Of a stretch of 64,000 bases of DNA, positions 53,301 through 64,000 are shown in pieces (within the stretch, counting starts at the first letter, position 1; each line of letters opens with the position of its first letter). The translations under genes were made by a program, and so were the position numbers. Below the pieces are notes generated by a model. That model saw nothing but the letters and a program-made list of their open reading frames with translations, searched no databases and was not told the DNA's origin. This stretch comes from Takakia lepidozioides (Eukaryota > Plantae > Bryophyta). The stretch spans positions 82,088,001-82,152,000 of the forward strand of contig CM060731.1 in NCBI GenBank assembly GCA_030704615.1. Direction: 5' to 3'.

Positions 53301-56300
53301 GATGAAATGGGTAAATATCCTTCCCTCTTGACGGAAATTATGCACCATGTAACCTTGTTAAAATGTGGAGTCACCTTGTGACGTATATTGTTACTGTAGC
53401 AAACCTGTAAGTATGGGTTCTATCATGTGAGCAGTGCTTTGATGTGTGCATTGGTTTTACAGTTTGGCAACTAGAAAGCAAGTTCTAAGTTCTGCTACAA
53501 GAGTACATTCAAGGGCTTGAAAACATCGAGCACATATTGCATTTGTTGCACACTCAAGTTTTCACCAGATTAACTATTGAACCTTCTGCAGGCCTTGGAA
53601 AGACCCTGCAAGTCATCGCTTTGATATGGACACTTTTACAAAAGGTGTGCCACCTGATGATAATGACTCGTCTTTTGATATTTTGTGTTTGGGGTTGGAC
53701 CGACTAGTGAAGGATGCTAGGTTTGAGAAATCTCAAGCTAATGTGCACATAGTTATTATCAAAGCAGTTCAAGCTGGGATGACTTTGAACTTCAGGGCCC
53801 TGTTGGCTGTCCGTCCCTGAAGCGCGTGGTGGTGATCTGCCCTTCTTCACTGGTTCAGAACTGGGGAAATGAGGTACTGCAATCATAGTGATAATAGAAT
53901 CATGACGATCTTCTGCATGTATATGCAACACACAAGGTACCACAGCCAGCATAGTCTTCAGTTTTTTTTCGTCAGAGCCCTGCCAGTGCCTGAGCTGCAA
54001 TTCTTATCCCCTATGGGTAGTGGGTCGCTTGTAAGTAGTGTTTTCTGCGGACTACAGGCTTGCATAACTCTCTCGCAAATTTGAAATTTGCTTGGGGACA
54101 GCTATAATCTAACTTGAATAAAGGCTGCATTCACAACTTTGAAGTTTCTATTTCGTGAAATCCTTTTTTTTAACAGGTAAGAAAGTGGCTGGGTAGCGAG
54201 AGATTGAAAGCACTGGTGGTGCATGCCGGTACTGCAACCAAAGAGGTTAGAAAACTCCTGTCTGCCCATGTTTGCATCCCGTCTTATGTTCGTGGCAAGT
54301 GGAAGTTCTGCAAGTTTACACAGGGAAATTGCAGTATTTTTGCCTGATCTGTCTTTGGATAGTCTCATTTCTCACATTTGCTGTTGGGTGCAGGTAAAGC
54401 AGAAGCTTTTGGACTTCAAGATGGGGAAAATCTGTCCTCTTTTGATTACCTCATATGAGCTACTGCGAAAATATAAGGACATCATTGCATCTGCCAAACC
54501 AGAGCTCTTGGTCTGTGATGAGGCCCACCGCCTGAAGAACTGGTACAATTCACATCTCACCAGAGTGTCATACTTCACACGGTAACATCAGAAGGGGTAG
54601 AAGAAAAGAATTTAGCATCCACAGGAAGCCCAAAGACCTATGGTACACGGGTGTCAAACACAGCAGCCTGATGGGACCAAAAGAAACAGACTTCAATAGG
54701 TTCTGAAGACCTGGTGCAAGAATGTAGTGGGTGCAGCACTTTTGATCTTCGAAATATAATGCCTCTGTCAGGGTGAGCAGGCTAAATAACGACTGCTTGT
54801 AACCTGCGAATAACCTGGTAATCTAACTGCAATGGCTCTTCAACATGGTCAAAGGGCCTGTACATGGTAGTGAATTTTGATATAAACTTCGCCAGAAATT
54901 TGGACATCATAGCATATCTTTCTTGGTTATTTAGATTCTGAAATCAGCCTCCTTGGGTTTAATCCTTGTATTACAGCTCGGGCAACAAGACTATTGATGC
55001 CTTACTGGCAATTGAGTGCCCTCGGAAAATCTTGCTGGTAGGTGACCTCTCCTTCCCACATCTGCTTGCGAACTGCAAGTGGCTCACCTGGTTTACATTA
55101 AAAAATGAAACATTGAAGTTGTGATCAGTGAGCCCACTTTGAGGAATGAAGATACCCCAGCACCTGCAGGACAAAGTGCCAGGGATGTAGACATCAAGTG
55201 GCAAACAATGACCAGGTTTTGTCTTTGCAGACAGGAACTCCTGTGCAGAATGATTTGAAGGAATTCTATGCCATGATCGACTTTGCCAACCCTAACCTCC
55301 TCGGACCCCTCTCGGCATTCAAGCGCCTGTATGCAGACCCCATTGAACGGAGCCGAGATCGCAATGCCAGGTACTATTCTGATCACATGAACGAGTGTTG
55401 GTTTCAAAGGTGAAGATCAGTGATCTCAAGCTTCTTGAGTGATATGTCCCTCTATAGCTGGTTTTATAAGGGAAGGAACTTTATAATAATGTCCATGGGA
55501 AGCGCAAAAGGAAACAAACAAGGAAGAGAGAAATGAAATGAAATGGTGCTTTATAACGTCCGCGGAAAGCTCATAGAGCTTATGGGACAAAATGGAAGGA
55601 AGAACATGAGAGAAAATAGGAAAACCAGAGTCAGAGAAAAGAACTATTGTTCGAGTGATTGTCTAAGGGTGAGTGTAGACATTCAGATCCTACATTCAGA
55701 TCCTACGAGAGCAGGTTGCCATCTTGCAATCCCGTTGCGTGCAGGTAGGCTGCCAAACATTTCTGATCCTCATAGTGGAAGACTTCAGTGAGAGATTGGG
55801 TTCCACGGAATAGACAATGGAATCTCCCACGGATCTCAATAGTATAGGGGGCAATAGAAGAAGTGTTCTTCAGTTTCAATTTCCTGGCTGCGCCCTGTGC
55901 AAGCAGGACATAGGCGGTCCTCCCGCTGAAATGGAACTTTAGAGAGAGAAATGGAACTTTCGAACTCTTCAGCGGACCCCAATAGCCCATCGGACAAGGT
56001 GGGACAACAAGAAACCAAGTAACTGGAGACTAAGGCAATAACCGGCTTCTCTTACAGTACGATGCAGTGAACAGCTTTGGTTGTCTGAATTTTTGAATGG
56101 GGTGACAGTGAGAAGGAGAGAGAAATTGGGCGTGCAAGGTCCCTGGAGCTGCAGGCAAGAACGCGTTTTTGCATATTGCGGAGGACAGCTGATATAAACA
56201 TCAAGTATCTGCCTAACAAAACAGAGTAAATTCCAGCTTCTTCCTCACTGATGATCCATATGTAGTAAGTGGGGACTCCCTTCAATTACAAACCACCTGG

Positions 56301-59300
56301 TGCTAACCAATCTCTGCAAGCGAAATATTCAACTAATGTTGATATGCAACGATATTGCTCAACAGAGTCTTTGTCCGTGGTTGCAAACAGAGAGGTTGAA
56401 GAGAGGTTCCAGCCTCATGGATAACTTGGTCAGCGTGGTTGGTTAGCTTTAGACTTTGACTTGTGGTGTTTCTTTGGCCTTGGCGAGTAAAGTGGGTTTC
56501 TTTTTTGTGCAAGCTATGGAAAGCAAGTAATCTAACTGCTGTTTGTGTCTGCGGCAGGTTTGTTGTCTTCTGCAGGCTGCAGCCTCTTCAAATTTCCCTC
56601 TATGAGGCATTCATCAAATCAAACGTTAATATCTGCTCCCCTCAAGAATAGAGGATAATGTCATCCATTGTAATGTGTTTGTTCTTGGCCATCTGGTTGC
56701 TACAATTGCTCTACCTAGGTACTATCTCAGTATCCCAATGCTCGATGATCTATCAGATGAACAGCACATTTTCTCCACTCTTACCCTGCAGAATATCTGA
56801 AATCTCCTGTTCTACAGGTAGTCGAGACATTGTTTTCGTCTGTTAGTCCTTCTGCCACAATTCTGACAGCTATTGGCACATTGAGGAAGCTCTGCAATCA
56901 CCCTCGGCTTATTCATGGTGGCCTACTGAAAGAAACAGACTGGGAATCTCCAATTGATTGCGGAACCGATGGTGCAGACAACAATCGTCTCAAGGCACAA
57001 AAGGCCCAACACTTTCACCCAAGGTAACAACCTCATTGAGTCTATGCCACATAAAGTTTCCACATTTGCACAACGTCACCTCCCTTGTGCACAAGTTGCC
57101 TTCAAGGAGGCAAAACAAACTCCAGGAAAGGCGGGATTGATATCCATGGATATTATCAGGATGGCCTTTTCAACCTTACTGGGACCTGTATGGCAGATTG
57201 CATTGTCACTAGTAATACAGATCCCCTCTTCATCATGCCTTGTTTGTTTTGGACATACCAGTAGGGACGGCCTCGAGGATGACGGGACTGCGTCAGGAAA
57301 ATTGGCATGCCTAAGTCAGCTGCTTCAAACAGTAAATGAGAGTTCAACATCTGGTCCACGGGACAGGGTGGTGGTTGTCTCCAACTTCACTCAAACTTTG
57401 GATGTGATTCAGGTATCTCAAGTTCTAAGCAGCTGAACACTGCTGTTCAATGGGGTTGGGAATGCATGGTTGCTTTGCCAGTGGGAACATTGATTGACCC
57501 TTGAATTTGTGCACTTAGTTCAAGCTTGTGTATGTAGATCAATCTAGAATGCATAAGGACATGCTAAATATTGAAGCAGGAGTTGTGCAAGATACGGGGA
57601 TGGCATTGGCTACGTCTGGATGGTTCAACAGAAGTCTCCGCTCGGCAATCGCTGGTGGATCAGTTCAATTCTGGTTTTGGCAGAGAGTTTGTGTTTCTAT
57701 TGTCCTCAAAGGCTGGTGGCACAGGCCTTAATCTTGTCGGGGCCAACCGGTAAGCCAGGAAGTCTCATTAGAAACAGCAAGGTCTGCTAAAAGAAGTATC
57801 TAATACAACTACTGAATGTTCTATTGGGTAGTTAAGAAGATCACCAATGTTGTCAGCAAAACATCGAGTGTTGTACTTCTCTTGTTTGTGCATTCGGTTA
57901 TTCCTCACAAATGTCCAAACCATAATTTGAGGATTTCAGTCATCAAAAAGTGATGGGTTTGGATTTTGCAGACTGGTGCTCTTTGATCCTGACTGGAATC
58001 CAGCCACTGATGCACAAGTAAGGAAAAGTCTTACACTCTGTAGGAAAAAATAGTTTGATTGGGTTCTCTGCATTGTCAGCACCCACATTTCCATACTGCC
58101 ATGCTGCAGGGGATTCCACAAGCTGTGTTTGACACTAATTTATGACTGTTTTCTTCCACATTCAAAAATTTCATCTTTGAAACTCAATATGGTCCAATGA
58201 ACTTAGTCATTTCGGGAATTTGTCAGCTCTTTTTTCAATCAGTTCCGGTCACTGCTTAGGGGACAGTTGTTCATCAGAAATGAACTCAATTGCTGCCTGA
58301 GAATGGAGGGTCATGGTAGCCAAGCGGCTGAGCATGCATTAGTCTAGATGTACCTGAGTGGGGGATTTACGAGTGGTCGGAAAGGTCATACCGATTACTT
58401 CTAATCTGACAGACATTTCTTCTCAGGAATGAGACCAGTAGACTTCTCAATAAGTGGTAAATGCAGCTGGCTTCATTTTAGATGTGTCAAGTTTAAAAGC
58501 TAACCAAAGCTAAGGATGCTCTTTAACATTTACTGTGTCCTGTACATGATGTAGAATGCCAACTGTATCTACTGATCTCTTAGGAGGAACTTGGTCTATG
58601 AAAAAAGGCCATTCAGCTTAAGTTGCATGGTTTTTTAGGCAATGGCTCGTATATGGAGGGAAGGCCAACTGAAACCTGTCATTATCTATAGACTTCTCAC
58701 TACTGGAAGGTATGCTCAGACTTCCCTATCACTGATCGTCTAGGCATTTTATTCTCAGCTTTTTGCTGTTTGTATGTTTTCTGCAGTGTCTTCTTGTTGT
58801 TATATCTTGTCCCATGGGGCCCTTGGGGCCCTGTGGATGATATACTGTTTGCTCTGACATGTAGACCACATGGTTCTCGTCATCTCACCTGGTCAACTGC
58901 TTCAATTAGTCCTTGCTAGGAGACCCCTTATACAGTTGAGGTCTGCGGTAGTGTTGTAACCAATGCTGCAGGCTGAGCAGAAGAAATCTAAAGCTTGAGT
59001 GAATGTCAAACAGTATTGAGGAGAAGATATACCAACGCCAGATCATGAAAGGAGAAGTAGCTGCAGCTGTTGAAGAAAATGTGGATGCCGGATTTCCTGG
59101 CAATAGTGGGGGCCGGCACTTCAGTAGAGAGGAGCTTCGGGAGTTATTTACTCTGAATTTGGTGAGAAAATGTGGTTTGCTAGGATCTGAGAGGAGCTGT
59201 AATGCTTGTGAATGTTCCAAGTCATGAATGAGACCCTGTAGTCCTCTGAAGAGGACAAGAAGAGGCTTTGGATTCTGGCATTTTCTCTTTTTTTTTCTTT

Positions 59301-60597
59301 TCACCAATCTCTCACTGAAGTCTTCCACTATGAGGATCAGAAATGCTTGGCAGCTTACCTGCACAAGGCCTTCACCCTTAGCCAATCACTCGAGCAATAG
59401 CTTTAGTTTTGGCTCTGGTTTCCTCTCTCATGTTTTCTTCCATTTTGTCCCATAAGCTCTATGAGCTCTCCTCAGACGTTATGTAAGTACCAATTCATTT
59501 CATTTCATTTCAGTTTCTCTTGTGCACTTGAGTCGGGGATCCTCATGATGTATATGCATAATTTATAATCTGATTCTGTGCGTTCTTTCCAGGAGACCCA
59601 ATGCGACACATTTGATCTGCTGTCTCGCTCTCGCATCATGAACGCAGATGGCTGGAGGGATTATTCACCAGAAGTTGACGATGTTGCTTTGAAGAAAGCC
59701 ATCTTGTCAGGGGTTGTCACTTTTGTCAGTAAGAAAGGTGTTGGAGAGATCCCAGTGCCTACAGCCAGTGAATCTACCTCCTATGAAGAATGTGGAGCAT
59801 TGAAGACACTTACGAAAAACAGTGGCTCCCTAGAGCTGGAGTCGACACTAAGAGCAATGACCACAGAAAGAGCTTCAGGGTTTGTATCCTTTCAAGTCAG
59901 ATTGATTGTGTAGCCTACTAGACATTGGAGGAATTGGCATGCCTGTTAACTTACTAGAGGGAATGGTACTGAAGTTACACTGCCTTGGCTTCCTGATGGT
60001 CTGTTGACAAGCAGATTCACACTCCAGTCTGAAGAGGAGCTGCAGCTGGCAACAACTTGTGCAGAGTCCAAAGGGTTCTTGAATGCCCAAGCGTCCGAAA
60101 AGGTCTCGCAGACCTTACAAACTAAGACCGGTACCCTGCTGTTACAAGGGAGTGGTGAGGTCACTTGGCAGGGCTGCAATGAGCACATGACTGCCATGGA
60201 TGGAACTGCTGCCTTTGCTTCAACTCTTCAGCCTTATCAAGCTGGTATATGACCACTGGGCCTCCTTTTAGGACTCCTAACTTCAACTTCAGTCATCTTA
60301 TAAATTTCTTAATTGCTCCTGCAAGGAATGCTGTTCTCTCGAATACCAATGCTACCGATGCTTTACCCATGTGACACCTACTGTCCATGCCCTCCATATG
60401 TAGGTTCCAAGACTGGGTCCAAGAAGCTGGCATCCTCAAGTGAAGACCTGTGGCATTCAAAGCAGAAAAACCCCAAAGATGTCGACAGAAAGCAACCAGA
60501 CCATCCTTCTCCAAAAGGCAGCAGATGCAACATGACTGACTTGGATAGTGACTACACTCTACTTGAAAATGACTCCTTTTACTTAGGTGGTCCTTGA
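50307..60597 (+). CDS. RAD54B: SNF2 translocase RAD54B/Rdh54-like, multi-exon (3' end uncertain: stop at 59913 or 60597)
   Basis: '[27 protein letters not shown]|LGKTLQ', 'CDEAHRLKN', 'TGTPVQNDL', 'LRKLCNHP', '[18 protein letters not shown]', 'DWNPATDAQ|[10 protein letters not shown]', '[10 protein letters not shown]'. N-terminal '[11 protein letters not shown]' is typical of RAD54B/Rdh54. Confidence 0.85.
55531..55927 (-). mobile_element. Intronic LINE 3' fragment containing an inverted 70-bp patch
   Basis: Similar to 29951-30298, with a (CATTT)n tail and flanking gagagaaatg on both sides. Confidence 0.9.
59305..59512 (+). mobile_element. Intronic LINE 3' fragment
   Basis: '[15 protein letters not shown]', 3' UTR with the aagctctatgagct hairpin and a (cattt)n tail. 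Confidence 0.88.
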
Positions 60598-61511
60598 ATT
60601 GGTGAAGTCAATTTACCACCATGGCGTCTTTTGCTTCATTAATAGCCACGTGACATCCGAAGCAGCTGGGTGGCTCAGTTGTTCATCCTCCTCAAAATAC
60701 TTAGTGTAGGAAAAATGTTCTTTGCTACATGACAGTCATACTCTTCAATAAACGGGAGATGAAGCACTCTCAGTTGTTGCAGGTTGAAGTTATGACCCAA
60801 GGAAAGTTTACATGCACAAAGTAGCAATTATGAAGGTGTCACCAACAAGTAGTCTATTTCGGAAAGAACGGGAAGTCGAGTAACTCAGCCTCTGCCGAGT
60901 TCCAGACGCTAGAACTCCTTGTTTCGTCATTTCTTCCACAAGTGAATAATCATCTAGCACCTCAGGACAAAATACATTTCAAAAATCAAACATGGACTGT
61001 GGAGATATGTAGAGATGTAGCTCAAGAAGGCAGCTTCGTGCAGATGGCATCAGGGCACGCTCTCCAACGTGCCTCCTCCCACATGCTCATCATCTGCCCC
61101 ACCAGCAGATGTTGCAGAACAGATGAGATGCAGTATGACGCAGCTGATACACGAGTGTTGGCTGTGGCTTGGGTTGTTTTTGGACGCTTCCAAGCATCAC
61201 ATTCCAGCCATTCCCGGTTCTGAGTTCCTGTTTGTTCTGTTGTTTCCATCAGAATCTGCTGTGCAGCCACTTGGGTTCCGGAAGGAGGTTATTAGCCAGG
61301 CTATACTAGATTGAAAGTGTCCTTTTCTCACTGTAATAAAAAGCAATGAGCTTCGGATCTCGACCAACTTTGGAGATGTGCGTGGTTGAGCATGTTCATC
61401 ATCACCAGTGCCTTTCCAAAAAAGCGGAAGAACTGGTGAGTTGGTGATATTGTGGCCGCCATCTCTCCTGTATCTTTGAAGTATTTCCGTGGCGAAACTG
61501 ATTGAACAGGT

Positions 61512-61583
61512 GGCCCCGTAGTCTAGTGGTCAGGACATTGGACTCTGAATCCAGTAACGCGAGTTCAAATCTCGCCGGGGCCT
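61512..61583 (+). tRNA. tRNA-Gln (CUG)
   Basis: GGCCCCGTAGTCTAGTGGTCAGGACATTGGACTCTGAATCCAGTAACGCGAGTTCAAATCTCGCCGGGGCCT forms a cloverleaf. Confidence 0.93.
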
Positions 61584-62974
61584 CGGCAACTGCGGATGCA
61601 GATGGACTTCTATTGTTATTCAATAGCTTTTTACTGTCTACCATATTTTAGACTGTTTAGATATAGTCATTGAAAAACAAAATCGCCACGTTTTAATTGA
61701 ATAAAATACCATCAGAGGAGCTCCCTCACTGTTTGCCGGTCCAACCGGAAGTACAACCCACCGGTGATTTTAAAAGCAGAGTAAGAAGACATTGAACTGC
61801 TATATGTAGTCCTCGCAGGCTTGAGTGTTAATGACTCGCCTTCGGGTGGAAGGGTGAGCAGTGAGCACTCCCAGCTCTCTTTCAGTGGTTTAGATTGGTT
61901 TTTCTGACCCTCTTGTCCAAGAACTCGTTATGTCGAAGTTACAAGTGTTCTAGATCCCTCATTCAAACTTCCTTCTACTTCTCGCTATCTCCTCTGCTTT
62001 CTACTTTCTACCTTTATTACTGGGAGTACCCAGATCTTTATTGTGAGAGGCCGCCAAAGTACGACTGAAATGACTTCTCGTTCTACCCAGTTTAATAAGA
62101 CTTTGACATCTGGAAATTGATTCAGCGGGCCCAGCAGAAAATTTACCTCCAAGGTGATCAATTCGAGAATTCACAGTCAGTAACATGCGTGACCATTATA
62201 TGTAGAGGTCAGGTCTCCACGGTAGCACAGAGCTTGCACTCTTATAAGTTGTATCATCCATCTCGATCAAGATCATTGAACTTCCGGCCTCCTTAAATTT
62301 CCTCACCTAGTCCACACTCTCTCATCTCGTCTTACCAACACTCCTTGCGTAGACTCCTCCAGTTCTTGATTCCACAGACAAACCTTGCTGGTATATGTAC
62401 ATTAAGTGTGTGGTAGTCATTAAGATAAATGACTGTCCATTTCATTTAGAGCTCAAAATCAGTCATATTCACGACTTGTGATGTGGACAGACCACACATC
62501 CATCTTGTCATAGGTGTGCTAGTCGTGTAGTCCTATCCAATACAGTTGTCCTCAATGACTACTTAAGTAGTCGCCGCATGGAAAGGAACGAACACGAACC
62601 CCAAAGTTGCATTGCAGGCAGCGGTAAGAATAACCATCTACAAGGCAGTGAAACTTACAGAGGGGACACCACACCTGACCTAGCCACCCCCTTTTGTTTT
62701 TTTTTTGTGGGGGGGAAAGGGACATAGCCCAGAATTGCATCAAGAAAAGTGGAAAATATAATCACTCAGAGGCCGTGAAGGCTTAGTATTACAGGGGGGA
62801 ATCACCCCGTGATACTTTTATTTTCTTCTTTTTTTCCTTTTTTAAAAATTTATACAGAACAGGGGACTTTTTTCTTAAAGGGAATCTTTTCTTCTTTTTT
62901 TAAAGAAAAAAAGGAAACACCCGGGAGCGACAGCTCACAAATCAGGCCCCTTAATTATAGGGAGAGGAGAAAAT

Positions 62975-63120
62975 AACTTCTTTTACAGTAACCTCGCTGT
63001 GAAGGCTTTCGCATGGGACACCGCCCAAGGGAAGGGGGAGATGAACACCCATCAAGGTAGCAGGATTTTACCCAGAATCATCTGGGCACTGGGTGCACTA
63101 TCCAACTGAGCTATTGACTG
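62975..63120 (-). mobile_element. Possible degenerate tRNA-SINE
   Basis: A box TAGCTCAGTTGG (63113-63102), degenerate B box GGTAAAATCC. Confidence 0.4.
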
Positions 63121-63160
63121 TTGGTCCCTTTTGAAATTAAATAAATCAGCAAAATGGAGT

Positions 63161-63522
63161 TCGTAGTGGGATAGTCGGTTAGGCACTTGCCTACCTAATA
63201 ATTGTTTTTTGGGGCCATTTGGCGGTTAGGCACTTTTGAGAAATGTCTTTAAATTAGGCATCTTGGATGTGTAATTTTTTCAAATTAGGCAACTAAAAAT
63301 AATGATCACAAAATAAACACAAAAATATCAATATACAACCGCTGCCATGGATGAAAATTGAAACTGAGTCCATGGATGACGTTTTAAATTAATATCATTT
63401 TTCATGGATATCATTTTTAATGTTTTCTCTATTTCATATTTTTTTAAATTGGAATTCAAGATTTTTTTATACCAAGCTTTCTTTTCGAATTAATTTCTGC
63501 CTAACTGGCTATCCCACTACAG
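63161..63522. mobile_element. MITE (possibly Tc1/mariner-type)
   Basis: TIR GTAGTGGGATAGTCGGTTAGGCA / TGCCTAACTGGCTATCCCACTAC, AT-rich interior, TA after the right end. Confidence 0.65.
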
Positions 63523-64000
63523 TATTGCTTTAAGTGATATTGATGTTTCTTCTGGTTTTCCCCTTTTTTATTTCTTTCTTGAGAAAGAGGCCGGAATAAA
63601 ATAATATTAATACAAAGCGAGGAAGCCATAGTAATATATATAACTTAAGAAAAAGAAAGTCAATTTCAAAATGGAAATGCCAAATTGAATACAAAAGTTT
63701 GGATGGTATTCCCTTTGTACGGTAACCTCACCCAATTCCAACCCCACCTACAATCGGCACCTATAAAAACCCCCCATTTCCAATATCAAACCATCGCAAA
63801 TCCATCATATCATGATATCCCATGATACACCCAAAACACATGTTTAGACATCATTGGATGTCAAAGGATTATAGATGAAGGACCGGAATTGGTATTGTGC
63901 TGACGGGAATGGGTGAGTGTACTAGCGTGAAATGCGAGCCTGAATAGGTGAGTCTACTTTTAACCAGGTGAAAATTCAACAAAATTACAAAACAACTTGG

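Noticed and set aside
56150-56160. Possible GC-AG donor in RAD54B
   Set aside because: The reading frame continues ('[20 protein letters not shown]') to a normal GT donor.
62552-62743. DC1/C1-like Cys motif ORF
   Set aside because: Short and isolated, lacking the full ligand set.

Overview
Eukaryotic nuclear DNA, most likely from a non-seed land plant. This is an inference from the Tcn1/Tf1-type chromovirus, the PLS-DYW PPR style, RAD54B and the plant-type tRNAs. The left half (about 1-34 kb) is a transposon and gene-fragment graveyard. It holds isolated host exons (CLPTM1, RCC1-repeat, LACS6/7, NEMF), a decayed endonuclease-bearing Helitron (Helentron-type) with an adjacent RPA70-like fragment, and a Sola-like/DUF7869 DDE transposase. 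It also holds a full-length Ty3/gypsy chromovirus with a self-priming PBS, a Harbinger-type Myb/SANT remnant, a PPR-derived ~111-bp tandem array, a PPR pseudogene and an RTE-X-like LINE. The right half (about 35-62 kb) is gene-rich: plantacyanin, FAX/Tmemb_14, an RD21-like granulin cysteine protease, a frameshifted PLS-DYW editing factor, tRNA-His, RAD54B and tRNA-Gln. It is interspersed with LINE 3' ends, tRNA-SINEs and MITEs. All family calls come from motif recognition by eye; no database search was run.
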